Source: an uncultured Verrucomicrobiae bacterium
GTDB taxonomy: Bacteria; Verrucomicrobiota; Verrucomicrobiia; Limisphaerales; JAFGQR01
Assembly (NCBI GenBank): GCA_963788655.1
Contig: CAWBHS010000088.1
Span: forward strand, 96,001 to 160,000
Direction: 5' to 3'
DNA: 64,000 nt
Shown: piece by piece, positions 49,258-60,189 of the stretch
Position numbering within the stretch: the first letter of the stretch is position 1
Layout of the letters: every line of letters begins with the position of its first letter
The notes under the pieces: model-generated
The model's database searches: none
What the model saw: only the letters and a program-made list of their open reading frames with translations
What the model was told of the DNA's origin: nothing
Translations under genes and position numbers: made by a program

Positions 49258-49620
49258 GACAGCGGTTTCAGAAAGAGGATTTTGGCGATGACATGCTGTT
49301 TGATCCCAAGGTGTTGCCCAACGAATATCTGACCCAGCCCAAGCTGAGTCACACCTTCGTTTACGTGTCCACCATCCAGCGCATGGCCCGGAACCTATTC
49401 GGTGCCGAGGGATGCTTCCCGCAGACAAGCGGTGACGCCGACTACGAAGACAGTTCCCTCGCCCCCATCGGGGGGAGGGTCAGGATGAGGGGGCAACCGA
49501 CAAACTCGACATCCTCATCCACGCCTTTGATTTGATCATCGCCGACGAATGCCACCGGGGTTACACGGCCCAGGAAATGAGCGTGTGGCGGGACACCGTC
49601 AATCACTTCGATGCGGTCAA
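49258..49620 (+). pseudogene. hsdR: Internal fragment of type I restriction enzyme R subunit
   Basis: VYVSTIQRM and FDLIIADECHRGY (helicase motif II). Both ends are missing and a repeat interrupts it. Confidence 0.75.
49453..49493. repeat. REP family E copy inside the hsdR remnant
   Basis: Reverse complement resembles gcccctcaccctaaccctctccccaaggagagggaac (63431-63467). Confidence 0.75.
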
Positions 49621-49634
49621 CGGCACCATGCAAT

Positions 49635-49960
49635 TGCTGCGAAATCCTCGTTCGACTTCAAATCGAATTGGAGGCGCGTTCAACGAGCGGCGTGAACAAC
49701 ATCAACAGCCAGGAAATTCGGGCGTTACGGTTCCAGCTTCCTCCGCTTGCCGAACAACAGGAAATCGTGCGCCGGGTGGAAGCGTTGTTTGCACTGGCGG
49801 ACCAAATCGAGGCGCGGTTTCAGAATGCCCAGGCCCAGGTGGCTAAGCTAACGCCCTCGCTCCTCGCGCGGGCCTACCGCGGCCAACTGGTCCCGCAAGA
49901 CCCCAATGATGAGTCGGCGGAAAAACTGTTGGAACGAATTCATGCCGAATCCAAAACGAA
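49635..49960 (+). pseudogene. hsdS: C-terminal fragment of type I R-M specificity subunit
   Basis: LPPLAEQQEIVRRVEALFALAD...SLLARAYRGQLVPQDPNDESAEKLLERI. Confidence 0.85.
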
Positions 49961-49961
49961 T

Positions 49962-50160
49962 GTCCCGCAGGGACGTTCGAGAATAGCCCAGCGATTCATC
50001 GCTGGGTTTGCGGCGCAAATGGGCGCGAGTCCCGTCAGGGACGAAAGAATCCCCCTCCGGCGCATTTACCATATTCGTTCGCCCTCCGGGACTCGTCCCG
50101 TTTGCAATCTTGACCCACGGTTGAAACCGTGGGCTATTCTCGGACGTCCCTGGCCGGACT
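49962..50160. repeat. Multi-hairpin REP-like cluster, family F (GTCCC-N3/4-GGGAC)
   Basis: gtcccgcagggac, cccagcgattcatcgctggg, gtcccgtcagggac, cccacggttgaaaccgtggg. Confidence 0.7.
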
Positions 50161-50185
50161 TGGTTTGGCAAGGTCACCTCTCAGT

Positions 50186-50920
50186 ATGCGAAAAAAATTT
50201 GAACTGTTAATGAAGGACTTGTGGCGTGCGCTCGATCATCCGGACGATGACGGACGCACCTTGAGGTCCGCCGGTTGGTGCCTATCGCGGTTTTCCGAGG
50301 ACCTCGGGCGGGATGTGGAGAAAGTGCGTCAGTTACTTGATTTCGGGCGGGCATTGCGCAGCTCGGATGCCCTGGGCCGTCAGGTCGCCGAAGAACGGCT
50401 GATGGACGATTTGATTTACCTGACCGGGAATTGCTCCAACGTGCTCGAAGACGCTGGAATTTCACGTTTGCGCGGTTTTGATGTGGCCTTCCAGGCGCCC
50501 GCAGACTGCCAACCGGTCCTCGGGGTTCTCCAGGCATTGCATGACTATGGCTTGGAATGTCTCCAGTTCAGACGTTCCCGTGATTCGTTTGGCGGTCGGC
50601 GACGCGCGATGGCGTTTGAAATCCTGGCCCGCCTTGGTCGCGTAGTTGATCTGCCTGAAGTGGAGCGCTTGGCCCGGCAGGCATTAGGCAAAAACCAATC
50701 CGTCGAAGCACGCGAGGCTGCGGAGTTTCTCAAGGAATATTATTGCGGACGCGGTGTCGCGCCGGACGACGCGACCACCGACGAACTGTTGTCCCTGGCG
50801 CAACGGACACATTCCCGATCCACGGTCTTCAGCGCCCTGAACGTGCTGGTGGAAACGGGCACGATCAGCGAGTTTGAGGCCTTGGATCGCATGGACGACT
50901 GGAAGGACCGGAACCGTTGA
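50186..50920 (+). CDS. Hypothetical protein (probably alpha-helical)
   Basis: 244-aa ORF with no recognised motif. Confidence 0.7.
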   Translation: MRKKFELLMKDLWRALDHPDDDGRTLRSAGWCLSRFSEDLGRDVEKVRQLLDFGRALRSSDALGRQVAEERLMDDLIYLTGNCSNVLEDAGISRLRGFDVAFQAPADCQPVLGVLQALHDYGLECLQFRRSRDSFGGRRRAMAFEILARLGRVVDLPEVERLARQALGKNQSVEAREAAEFLKEYYCGRGVAPDDATTDELLSLAQRTHSRSTVFSALNVLVETGTISEFEALDRMDDWKDRNR

Positions 50921-50957
50921 TACCCATACCGACCATGATCCTCGCCGCACGTGAGTC

Positions 50958-51509
50958 ATGCGCACTGACATTCCAGAAAGACTGCTGAAGATAACGGACG
51001 AAATCTCCGCGCAGGGTCATGCCAACCTTACTCGGTTAACGATCTTGAAAAAGTGGTTTGACCGTCCCGCTCGACTGGCTGGCTTCGCCATCTGGGTGGC
51101 AGCGCGTGCAAATTCGCGGAAAGGCAAAACGGGCGGCCTGGCGGGCGAATTGTTCCAGGAAGGACGGGCGTTGCTGGGTAACGCAAATCCCTATGTCCCA
51201 AGAGTGAACCGGGAAGCAGCGCAACTGTTACGCCGTCGGCTTCGCCAATTTCAGAATGAACACAAGAAACACCAATGGGGACCGGTACGGATCATCAAGA
51301 ATTGGAACCTGCTCCTTGTGGAACAGGGTCTGGAAATTTACCTCTGGCACACGGATTCCCCCGCGCGTGGCTACAAGCTGGCGGCTGATTATTGTCAGCA
51401 CTACGACTTCCGATATGGGAACGGTCTAAACGGCCCCAGTCGGAAAAAAATCGAAGAGATTGTCCGGTTCATGTTCAACTTTGAAGCCGTAGAAGACCAG
51501 CGGAAATAA
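50958..51509 (+). CDS. Hypothetical protein
   Basis: 183-aa ORF 37 bp downstream of the previous one; no recognised motif. Confidence 0.75.
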   Translation: MRTDIPERLLKITDEISAQGHANLTRLTILKKWFDRPARLAGFAIWVAARANSRKGKTGGLAGELFQEGRALLGNANPYVPRVNREAAQLLRRRLRQFQNEHKKHQWGPVRIIKNWNLLLVEQGLEIYLWHTDSPARGYKLAADYCQHYDFRYGNGLNGPSRKKIEEIVRFMFNFEAVEDQRK

Positions 51510-51855
51510 GGCGAGTGGGCAATGCTCAACTACGGAGAGAATTGTGGCATCCTTTAAGGGCATGTGGCGTACACTAATTCCCGTTGCCAGGCCCGACAGT
51601 TGATGAAGCTTCGCAAGACTCTCGTTCCGGCCAGCGGGAGACTCCTGATGCCGTCTTTTAGGGGGCGCGGGATGTTGCCGATCGGAAGCTGAAAGCTCGG
51701 TCTCGCACGCCCACTAATAAGGGGAGTTAGCGTGTCTCACGATACGCGTCGTAGCGGCGGACTGCGATTTCGGCTTAATATTTTCCATTTCGCCGATGTA
51801 TTTTCGTTTCGGTTATCTTTTTTCTTCAACAACAACCGGGCCCGGAGGGCTTCGC

Positions 51856-53739
51856 CTACTCCACTGTCACGCTCTTGGCCAGGTTGCGGGGTTTGTCCAC
51901 GTCGCAACCCCGGGCGACGGCGATGTGGTAGGCGAGGAGTTGGAGGGGGATGACGGCCAGCAATGGAAAGAGCGGTTCCAGCGTGGGCGGCAGGCAGATT
52001 ACGTCGTCTGCTTTTTGTTCGAGCTTGGTGTTGCCTTCGGTGGTCAACGCGATGATCGGGCCTTGCCGCGCCTTGATTTCTTCGAGGTTGCTGAAGGTCT
52101 TGTCGTAAAGCGAATCTTCCGGTATCACAAATACGCTCGGAGTCTTCTCGTCCATCGAGGGCAATGGGCCCGTGTTTCATTTCGGCGGCCGGATAGCCTT
52201 CGGCGTGGATGTAGGAAATTTCCTTGAGCTTCAACGCGCCTTCCAGCGCCACGGGGAAATTGTATTGGCGGCCCAGGAATAGGAAGTCTTCAGCGGCGGC
52301 GTACTTGAGGGCGATTTGGCGGATGACATCGTTCTGGGCAAGGACGGCTTCCATCTGTTGGGGGATCGCTTCCAGCGCGCGCATAATTTTCAATGCCCCG
52401 ACGCAGCGGACAACATGCGGATGCGGCCCATGAGCAGGGCCAGGAGCGTCAGCACGGCGACCTGCGAGGTAAAAGCCTTGGTGGAGGCCACGCCGATCTC
52501 CGGTCCGGCGTGCAGGTAGATGCCGCCGTCGGCTTCGCGGGCGATGGTGCTGCCCACCACGTTGCAGATGGCCAGCACTTTGTGGCCGCGCCGTTTGGAT
52601 TCGCGCAAGCCGGCCAGGGTGTCGGCCGTTTCGCCGGATTGGGTGATGACCAGGACGAGCGTGTGTTTCTCCAGCGGCGCGTTGCGGTAACGGAATTCGC
52701 TGGCGTATTCGACCTCGGTGGGAATGTGGGCGAACTCTTCAAACAGATATTCCCCGACCAGGGCCGCGTGCCAACTGGTGCCGCAGGCGGGAATGATGAT
52801 ATGGTCCACGTCGCGCAGTTCGGCCAGCGTCATGTTCAGACCGCCGAACTTGGCGGTGGCTTCGTCGTGGTCCAGTGCGGCCGCGCAAGGCATTCTCCAT
52901 GGTGCGCGGTTGCTCGAAGATTTCCTTGAGCATGAAATGCGGGAAAGGCACCGCGCTCAGCCGCCTCGGCGCTGAACTCGAGCTGGCTGATCTGCACCTG
53001 CGCTGGGTCCGAACCCAGGTTGGCCACCTGGAATTGATCTGCGGTCAAAGTCACCACGTCGTAGTCGTTCAGGTAAATGACTTCCCGGGTGTGCGAGGCG
53101 ACGGCGCGTGGCGTCGCTGGCCAGAAAGTTTTCCCCCTGGCCAATGCCGACAATCAAGGGTGATCCGCGCCGGGCACCGACCATCACGTTGGGATCATCG
53201 ACGCAGACGACCGCCATGCCGAAGGTGCCAATGACTTCGCGCAGGGCGTTCGTGACGGCGACGGTCAGCGGATGGTTTTCATGGGGATTGGGAATTCCAC
53301 CTCCGCCTTGGCGTTCGACGCAGACCTTTTCGTAGTGTACTCCGATCAAGTGAGCCAGCACCTCGGAGTCGGTCGTCGAACTGAAGGTGTGATCCTTGAG
53401 CCCATCCTTGAGCCGTTCGAAATTCTCGATGACGCCGTTGTGAACCACGGCGATTCGCCCCCGCTGGTCGTAGTGCGGATGAGAATTGTTGTCCGAAGGA
53501 ACACCGTGGGTGGCCCAGCGGGTGTGGCCCACGCCGGTGCCGCCCACCAGGGGTTGGTCGCGGAGCAGCACCGCCAGGCCATCATCAATTCGGCCTTGTT
53601 GCTTGCGCGTTTGCAGTTCCGTCCCGCGCAAGACAGAAATGCCCGCGCTGTCGTAACCGCGATATTCGAGCCGGCGCAACCCTTCGAGAATGATGGGGGC
53701 CGCCTGTTTTTTACCGACGTAACCTACAATGCCGCACAT
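51856..53739 (-). CDS. glmS: Glutamine-fructose-6-phosphate aminotransferase; about 5 frameshifts
   Basis: [50 protein letters not shown] and [11 protein letters not shown], spread over six ORF pieces. Confidence 0.95.
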
Positions 53740-53772
53740 TATGTTTGGAGCGAATAGCTTAACGGATGCCGC

Positions 53773-53802
53773 TTGCACTCATTTCCCATAGCAGGGTATA
53801 AA
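53773..53802 (+). promoter_or_regulatory. Sigma70-like promoter for glgC
   Basis: TTGCAC-18 nt-TATAAA, 33 nt upstream of ATG 53836. Confidence 0.45.
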
Positions 53803-53835
53803 CCAGCAAATCAATATTCACGACAAAGGCAATTT

Positions 53836-55143
53836 ATGGCGCAAAGCAAGCGATTGACACCCAACACCAGCAACGTGTTGGCCGTGATTATGGGGGGAGG
53901 TGTGGGCACGCGGTTGTTTCCCCTGACGCGGGACCGGGCCAAACCGGCAGTGCCGCTGGCCGGAAAATACCGCCTGGTGGACATCCCGATTTCCAATTGC
54001 ATCAATTCCGGCATGCGCCGCATTTACCTGCTCACTCAGTTCAATTCCACCTCATTGCACCGCCATATTTCGCAGACGTACAAGTTTGACCAGTTCATGG
54101 TCGGGTTCGTCGAGATTCTGGCCGCGCAAATGACGCTCACCGACTCGACGTGGTACCAGGGCACCGCGGATGCTGTGCGGAAGAACCTGGTCCACTTCTT
54201 GAATCATGATTTCGAATATATCGTCATCCTCAGCGGCGACCAACTGTACCGCATGGACCTGCGCCGCATTATCGCGCAGCACATCGAAACCTACGCCGAC
54301 GTGACGGTGGCCACGCTGCCGGTTCTGCGCAAGGATGTGCCGGGCTTCGGAATCATGGAAATGGCCGAGGACCGCCGCATCACCCGGTTTGTGGAGAAGC
54401 CCAAGGATCCGCAGATCCAGGACACGCTGCGGCTGGACAAGGCCTGGTATCCCAAGCTGGACATCGAAGGCGACGACGAGTTTTTCCTGGCCAGCATGGG
54501 CATCTATGTCTTCAACCGCGACGCCTTGATTCGCCTGCTGGACAATGATCTGGCCGACTTTGGCAAACACGTCATTCCCATGGCCATTGCCAACAGCCGC
54601 GTGTTCTCCTATGTGTTTCAAGGGTATTGGGAGGACGTGGGAACCATCCGTTCATTTTTCGAAGCGAACCTGGAAATCGTGGCCGAATTGCCGCGGTTCA
54701 ACTTCTTCGACATGGGCGCGCCGATTTTTACGCGTCCCCGCTTCCTGCCCGCCTCGAAATTCAACGGGGCTCACATCGAGCACGCGGTCATCTCGGATGG
54801 GTGTATTATTACCCAGGCGCAAATCCGGAATTCCGTGGTCGGCATTCGCAGCATCGTGGGCACCCACAGCGATTTGAACCGTTGCGTTGTACTGGGCAAC
54901 GATTACTACGAATCGCAATCCTCGATTCTCGAAAACGAGATGGTGGGCAAACCGCGCATTGGCATCGGCCAAAACGCCCGCATCGAGAACGCCATCATCG
55001 ATAAAAACGCCCGCATCGGCGACAACGTGGTGATCTCGCCCGCCGGCAAACCGGAAAACGTGGACCACCAGCATTACTACATTCGCGACGGGATCGTGGT
55101 CATTCCGAAGAATGGCTTCGTGCCGCACGGAATGACGATTTGA
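53836..55143 (+). CDS. glgC: Glucose-1-phosphate adenylyltransferase
   Basis: GGGVGTRLFPLT, AKPAVP, WYQGTADAV, FVEKP, YWEDVGT. Confidence 0.96.
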   Translation: MAQSKRLTPNTSNVLAVIMGGGVGTRLFPLTRDRAKPAVPLAGKYRLVDIPISNCINSGMRRIYLLTQFNSTSLHRHISQTYKFDQFMVGFVEILAAQMTLTDSTWYQGTADAVRKNLVHFLNHDFEYIVILSGDQLYRMDLRRIIAQHIETYADVTVATLPVLRKDVPGFGIMEMAEDRRITRFVEKPKDPQIQDTLRLDKAWYPKLDIEGDDEFFLASMGIYVFNRDALIRLLDNDLADFGKHVIPMAIANSRVFSYVFQGYWEDVGTIRSFFEANLEIVAELPRFNFFDMGAPIFTRPRFLPASKFNGAHIEHAVISDGCIITQAQIRNSVVGIRSIVGTHSDLNRCVVLGNDYYESQSSILENEMVGKPRIGIGQNARIENAIIDKNARIGDNVVISPAGKPENVDHQHYYIRDGIVVIPKNGFVPHGMTI

Positions 55144-55183
55144 AGTCAGCGACCGATGGCACGGCCAACCTGGAGGCAGCCGT

Positions 55184-56861
55184 TCAGCGAAGGAGCGTGG
55201 CGGCGTGACGGCGGGCGGCGTCGCTCTGTCCCCCCAGCATGCGCGCCAGTTCTGTGACGCGATCTTTTCGCTCCAGCAACTCGATTTCGGAAATGGTCCG
55301 GCCCTCTTTGACTTGTTTGGTCACCACGTAATGGGCCGTGCCGTGGGCGGCGACTTGGGGTAGATGCGTAATGCAAATAACCTGTCGGCGGTCGGCAATC
55401 TGACGCATTTTTTCGCCGACCGCATTCGCAGTTTCGCCGCCGACGTTGGCGTCCACTTCGTCGAAAATCAGCACCGGAATTTCGTCCTCGGCCGCCAGCA
55501 CGGTCTTGAGACCCAACATCACCCGCGCCATTTCGCCCGAGGACGCAATGGCGCGTAACGGGTGGGCGGGTTCACCCGGATTGGGCGCGAACTGGAACTC
55601 GACAGCATCCAAACCGCTGGTCGAGATGGACACGGGCGAAGGAGAATTTGACGTTGCCGTGGTGAGGGTGACATCGAACTGGCATTGATTGAAGCCCAGG
55701 GCTTGCAGTTGTTTCTCGACGGCTTTGCTGAGCCGCGGAATCAACTTGCGGCGTTGGGCCGAGAGTTCCTTGCCGCAGCGCCACAGTTCCTGGTCCAGCT
55801 TTTCGAGTTCACTGTTGATCCGGGCCAGTTCCGCTTCGCGCTCTTGCAGACTGTGCAGCTTGCGTTGCGCTTGCTCGCCAAACGCGATCACCTCGGCCAG
55901 CGTTGAGCCATACTTGCGTTTCAGGGAATGCATCAGGTTCAGCCGCTCTTCGAGTTCGTGCAGGCGGGCGGGGTCGAGTTCGAGACGGTCCACGTAATGG
56001 GCGAGTTCATTCTGCAATTCCCGCAAACCGGTCGCCGCCTGCTCCTGGGCAGCCACGAGCGTCGCCGCCCCCGAATCAATTCGGTGCAACTCCTGGAGAA
56101 TACGGCCCAGCGCGCCCGTTTGGGTCATCACCGAGGCCTCGCTCTCGCCCAGCAGGTTGACTGCGGCCTGACCGAGTTCGAGGAGTTTGGCGGCGTTGCT
56201 GGCGCGCTGATGGTTCTGTTCCAACTCCGCTTCCTCTTCGGGATGCAAGCGAGCGGCACTGATTTCATTGACTTGAAACCGCAGTAAATCGAGTTGTTGG
56301 GCGTAAGTCTGCTCGTCCACGACCAGCGCGGCCTTATCAGCCTCGAGGGCGGTGCGCCGGCGAACTCGCGCCGCAAAGGCTTCGCGCGATCCGTGCAAGT
56401 TGCCAAAGGCATCCAGGATGGTGAGTTGTCGGGCGGCATGCAGCAGTGACTGATGATCGTGCGGGCCATGAATGTCCACGAGCCATTCCCCGACACTGGC
56501 CAGAATGGTGAGGGTGGTCGGCGAACCGTTGATGAATTGGCGATTCGAGCCGGCAGCGGTAAAGGAGCGTTTAAGAACGAGTTGGCCTGCTTCGCACGGT
56601 TCCAGGCCGTTCTCTTCGAGGAACGCCGGCAGCGGGGCGCGGAGACGGCTGACATCGAAACACCGCTTCAACGGAGCAAGCGTCCGCGCCGCTGCGAATC
56701 AGGGTGCGGTCGGCGCGTTCACCCAGCACCAGCGTGAGGGCGCCGATGAGGATGGACTTGCCGGCGCCAGTTTCGCCAGTGATGACGTTGAGGCCGGGCT
56801 GAAGCTCCAGCGTCAGGTCGGCCACCAGGGCGAGGTTCTTGATCCGCAGCGTCGTCAGCAT
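55184..56861 (-). CDS. recN: DNA repair protein RecN; frameshift near 56670
   Basis: ITGETGAGKS, VDIHGPHDHQ, ASSGEMAR, FDEVD, ITHLPQVAA. Confidence 0.95.
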
Positions 56862-57111
56862 GGTAGAAAACGTTCGCGCTGAATTTGGCGTTTGTGCTAG
56901 GTTCGCGCAAAGAAATTCTTGAGCATGAACCGACATCAATTGCGGGAAATAAAGGGCAGTGACGAGTGTACAGGTTTCGAGCAGTGGGCAAACTGGCGAA
57001 CTGGCGATGGGGGTATTAACCAACCACTAGGCGGATTCGTGAGCGGTCGCTACGCTGGTCGAAATGTGCATTGCCGTCCTGAGCCTGGCGGGGATTTCGT
57101 TTTGCGCGGCA

Positions 57112-57200
57112 GCGTTTTGGAGTGCGGCAGTCCTCTGCCGCTTTTCGATCATTGGGGGCATCCGAAAGCGGTAGAGGACTGCCGCACTCCAAGACCTGGC
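57112..57200. repeat. Family A-related REPIN
   Basis: ttggagtgcggcagtcctctgccgcttt ... aaagcggtagaggactgccgcactccaa inverted repeat. Confidence 0.85.
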
Positions 57201-57283
57201 GGCGAGTCGGCTGGTGGCTTCCCCGAAGACCAAAACTGTCTTTGCAGCCCCAATCTTCCAGCCGTTAGTTGCCCCACCACGTA

Positions 57284-58084
57284 ATGTCGTTTTCATTTGT
57301 TTTTCTCGGCTCGGGCACCTCGCAGGGGGTGCCCATCATTGGCAAGGAGTATCCGGCTGAATTCCTGGCCAACCCGAAAAACCATCGCACGCGCCCTTCC
57401 ATTTACGTCGAAACGCCGCAGGTCAAATTCGTGGTGGATACGACGCCGGAATTCCGCATTCAGTGTCTGCGGGAAAACATCCGGTGGCTGGATGCGGTGA
57501 TTATCACCCACGCGCACGCCGATCACGTGATGGGCTTGGACGATTGCCGGCGGTTTTGTGATCTGCGCGGTGGCAAAGCGCTACCGGTCTATGCGGGCGC
57601 CGAACACATGGAGATCATTCAGCGGGTGTATGCCTACGCCTTTCATAATGGCCCGTGGCCCAGGGGATATTTCATTCCGGACCCCCATGTCATTGAAGGC
57701 CCGTTTGTCGTGGGCGATTTGCACATCACGCCCTTCGAATTGCCGCACGGCAAAATGCGATCACGCGGTTTTCTTTTCAGCCAGAATGGAGTCAAACGGC
57801 TGGCGTACTTGAACGATTGCAAGGAGGTGCCGCCGGAAGTCATCCGCGAGGTGCAGGGGGTGGAGGTGGCGGTATTGGATGCGTTGCGGCGGGACCCGCA
57901 CCCGACCCACATGAACCGCGACGAAGCCATTGCCACCGCTCGTCAGATTGGAGCGGCCCGAACTTACTTCACGCATTTGACGCACGATTACGACCATGAC
58001 CGGTCGCAAGCCGAATTGCCGCCGGGTATTTGGCTGGCGTATGATGGGTTACGCGTCAGTATCCCGGAAGACATCGCTCTATGA
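57284..58084 (+). CDS. MBL-fold metallo-hydrolase (PhnP-like)
   Basis: [29 protein letters not shown]. Confidence 0.9.
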   Translation: MSFSFVFLGSGTSQGVPIIGKEYPAEFLANPKNHRTRPSIYVETPQVKFVVDTTPEFRIQCLRENIRWLDAVIITHAHADHVMGLDDCRRFCDLRGGKALPVYAGAEHMEIIQRVYAYAFHNGPWPRGYFIPDPHVIEGPFVVGDLHITPFELPHGKMRSRGFLFSQNGVKRLAYLNDCKEVPPEVIREVQGVEVAVLDALRRDPHPTHMNRDEAIATARQIGAARTYFTHLTHDYDHDRSQAELPPGIWLAYDGLRVSIPEDIAL

Positions 58085-59961
58085 AGCAAAGCACCCCACG
58101 ATTATTTCGCCGAATTCTTGTTGCGGGTAGGGCGAGACTCCGTCGAGCCCTGACATTCCCGCATCGCGTTCAATTATCCACAACCGGAAACGTGGAAAGC
58201 CTCGGGCGTCTCGAACACCAAACCTCTCCCCTGAGACGACCGTTGATCGGCGGACGCCCTCCGGGGAAGTCAGGGCTCGACGGAGTCTCGCCCTACCGGA
58301 TTGGACTCTCGCTGCTCTGGCTGATCATCTGCGCTATCTGTTGGGCGTTCTCCGTTCCGACCCAAGCCGCCGACAATCCCGGCGACGAAGTGGTGGTGGT
58401 TTACAACACCACCATGCCCGAATCGCGCGAGGTGGCGGAATACTACGCTAAACGCCGCCAAGTGCCCGCCAGCCAGGTGATGGGATTTGCGTTGCCCCAA
58501 TCGGAAACCATTTCGCGGCCGGCGTACACGGCGGAGCTGCAAATCCCGCTCTCGAAGAAGTTGGAAGCTGGCAACTTGTTCACGTTCACGAAGACCAACG
58601 GTGGCCTACGACAGGTGACCAGCGCGAAGATACGTTACCTCGCGCTGTGCTACGGAGTGCCGATCAAAATCCAAAGTGATCCCGCACTGGTTGAGCCCGA
58701 AGCTGAGAAATTGCAGCCTGAACTCCGACGCAACGAGGCTTCGGTGGATAGCGAATTGGCTTGTTTGCCGGTGGTTGAATCCAAGTTCATCTGCGCCGGT
58801 CCCCGAAGGAATCTGCTTTACGGCACGACCAACGCCGCGTGGCTGAATCCAACCAACGGAATCTTGCTGGTAACGCGGCTCGACGGACCGACCCCGGAAA
58901 TTGCCCGCGGCCTGGTGGACAAGGCGCTGGCCGCGGAAAAGGACGGCCTCTGGGGGCGGGCTTATTTCGACCTGGGGTGGAGCCAGGGCAACAGCAATTA
59001 CTTGAGTGGGGATCAATGGATTTTCGAAGCGGCCAAGCTGTGCCGAAACCTGGGTTTTGAAACCGTCCTCGATACCAACAAAGGCACGTTCCCCGCCACG
59101 TTTCCATTGTGCCAAACGGCCTTTTATGCGGGTTGGTATGCCGGCCAGGCCGAGGGACCGTTTAGCTGGGACGGAGTCGAGTTTATGCCTGGTGCGTTCG
59201 CGTATCATTTGCACTCGTTCAGTGCGGCCACCATTCGCTCGGCCACGCACAATTGGGTCGGGCCATTGCTGGCCAAAGGCGCGACCGCCACGATGGGCAG
59301 CGTGTATGAGCCGTATCTGGCGGCCACGCCAAACATGGGAATCTTCTTTGGGCGCTTCACCTTCTTCGGCTTCAGTTTCGGCGAAGCCGCGTGGGCGGCG
59401 CAGAATTGTGTCTCCTGGCAAAACCTCGCGGTGGGTGATCCGCTCTATCGTCCGTTTGGCCGACGGCCCGAACAATATGCGGCGGAACTGGAACGTCGCG
59501 GAAGCAAATTGATCGATTGGTTCGTATTGATGCGCCTCAATATTGGTCTGGCCAAAGGCGGCACGTTGGGCGGCGCCATTGAGGCACTCAAAGCTTCAAA
59601 GTTCACGGCCAAAAGCGCTTTGCTCGAAGAAAAACTGGGCGATCTTTTTTGGCTGGGTGACGATCGTTCGGAAAGTCTCAGCGCTTTCGACAAGGCCCTA
59701 AAATTGAAGCCGACACGCCTGCAAAAACTGCGTCTGTTGCTCCGGCAAACCGAACGGCTCACCCTTGATGGCAAGCGGAAACAAGCAATTGAACGCTACC
59801 AGCAACTGCTCAAGGACTATCCGGATTACCCCGGCCAATTGGACCTCTATCAAAAGCTGTTACCGTTGGCGCGCGAGGAGGGCAACAAGTCCGTGGTGAA
59901 GAAGTGCGAGAAAGAGATCGAGCGTTTGTCACCCCCGCCAGCCGAACCACCAACTGAATAG
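58081..59961 (+). CDS. TIGR03790 family secreted protein with C-terminal TPR-like region
   Basis: VVVVYN...[48 protein letters not shown] overlaps the upstream stop. Confidence 0.88.
   Translation: MKQSTPRLFRRILVAGRARLRRALTFPHRVQLSTTGNVESLGRLEHQTSPLRRPLIGGRPPGKSGLDGVSPYRIGLSLLWLIICAICWAFSVPTQAADNPGDEVVVVYNTTMPESREVAEYYAKRRQVPASQVMGFALPQSETISRPAYTAELQIPLSKKLEAGNLFTFTKTNGGLRQVTSAKIRYLALCYGVPIKIQSDPALVEPEAEKLQPELRRNEASVDSELACLPVVESKFICAGPRRNLLYGTTNAAWLNPTNGILLVTRLDGPTPEIARGLVDKALAAEKDGLWGRAYFDLGWSQGNSNYLSGDQWIFEAAKLCRNLGFETVLDTNKGTFPATFPLCQTAFYAGWYAGQAEGPFSWDGVEFMPGAFAYHLHSFSAATIRSATHNWVGPLLAKGATATMGSVYEPYLAATPNMGIFFGRFTFFGFSFGEAAWAAQNCVSWQNLAVGDPLYRPFGRRPEQYAAELERRGSKLIDWFVLMRLNIGLAKGGTLGGAIEALKASKFTAKSALLEEKLGDLFWLGDDRSESLSAFDKALKLKPTRLQKLRLLLRQTERLTLDGKRKQAIERYQQLLKDYPDYPGQLDLYQKLLPLAREEGNKSVVKKCEKEIERLSPPPAEPPTE
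58127..58296. repeat. Family C GTAG REPIN inside the TIGR03790 gene 5' end
   Basis: gtagggcgagactccgtcgagccctgac ... gtcagggctcgacggagtctcgccctac, perfect 28-bp inverted repeat. Confidence 0.9.
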
Positions 59962-60018
59962 GCGGTGCCCATTCAGTTGGCGCGGGCTTGGATCCCTGCC
60001 GCCAGCCGCAATTCATTC

Positions 60019-60149
60019 GGATAGGCGTCCCGCGTGTCTTGAACGGCACCAAGACGTGGACTTGGGTCGCAACCCCCAGACTTTTTCGGCGTCAGCAAAC
60101 AGTAAGGAAAGCCCTGAGCTGTTCGAGACCGGCGAGAGGCCTGTCCTAC
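60019..60149. repeat. Degenerate family B REPIN
   Basis: ggataggcgtcccgcgtgtc ... gagaccggcgagaggcctgtcctac, between convergent genes. Confidence 0.6.
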
Positions 60150-60189
60150 GTTGTCGAATTCTCTCGTGACGGCTCCAGTTGCTGCATCG

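Noticed and set aside
47910..51509. Second integron cassette array among the AT-richer or orphan genes
   Set aside because: No AAC...GTT palindromic sites with chained cores were found between these genes.
51856..53739. Multiple frameshifts in glmS (also polX, the Tat protein, actC/D/E and recN) read as programmed frameshifting or real pseudogenisation
   Set aside because: They are mostly isolated single-base indels, clustered locally, with no shared slippery motif, in otherwise well-conserved and usually essential genes. Long-read or assembly error is the simplest explanation; read polishing would decide.
53740..53835. glmS ribozyme upstream of glmS
   Set aside because: Only 96 bp separate divergent glmS and glgC, and no ribozyme core is recognisable.
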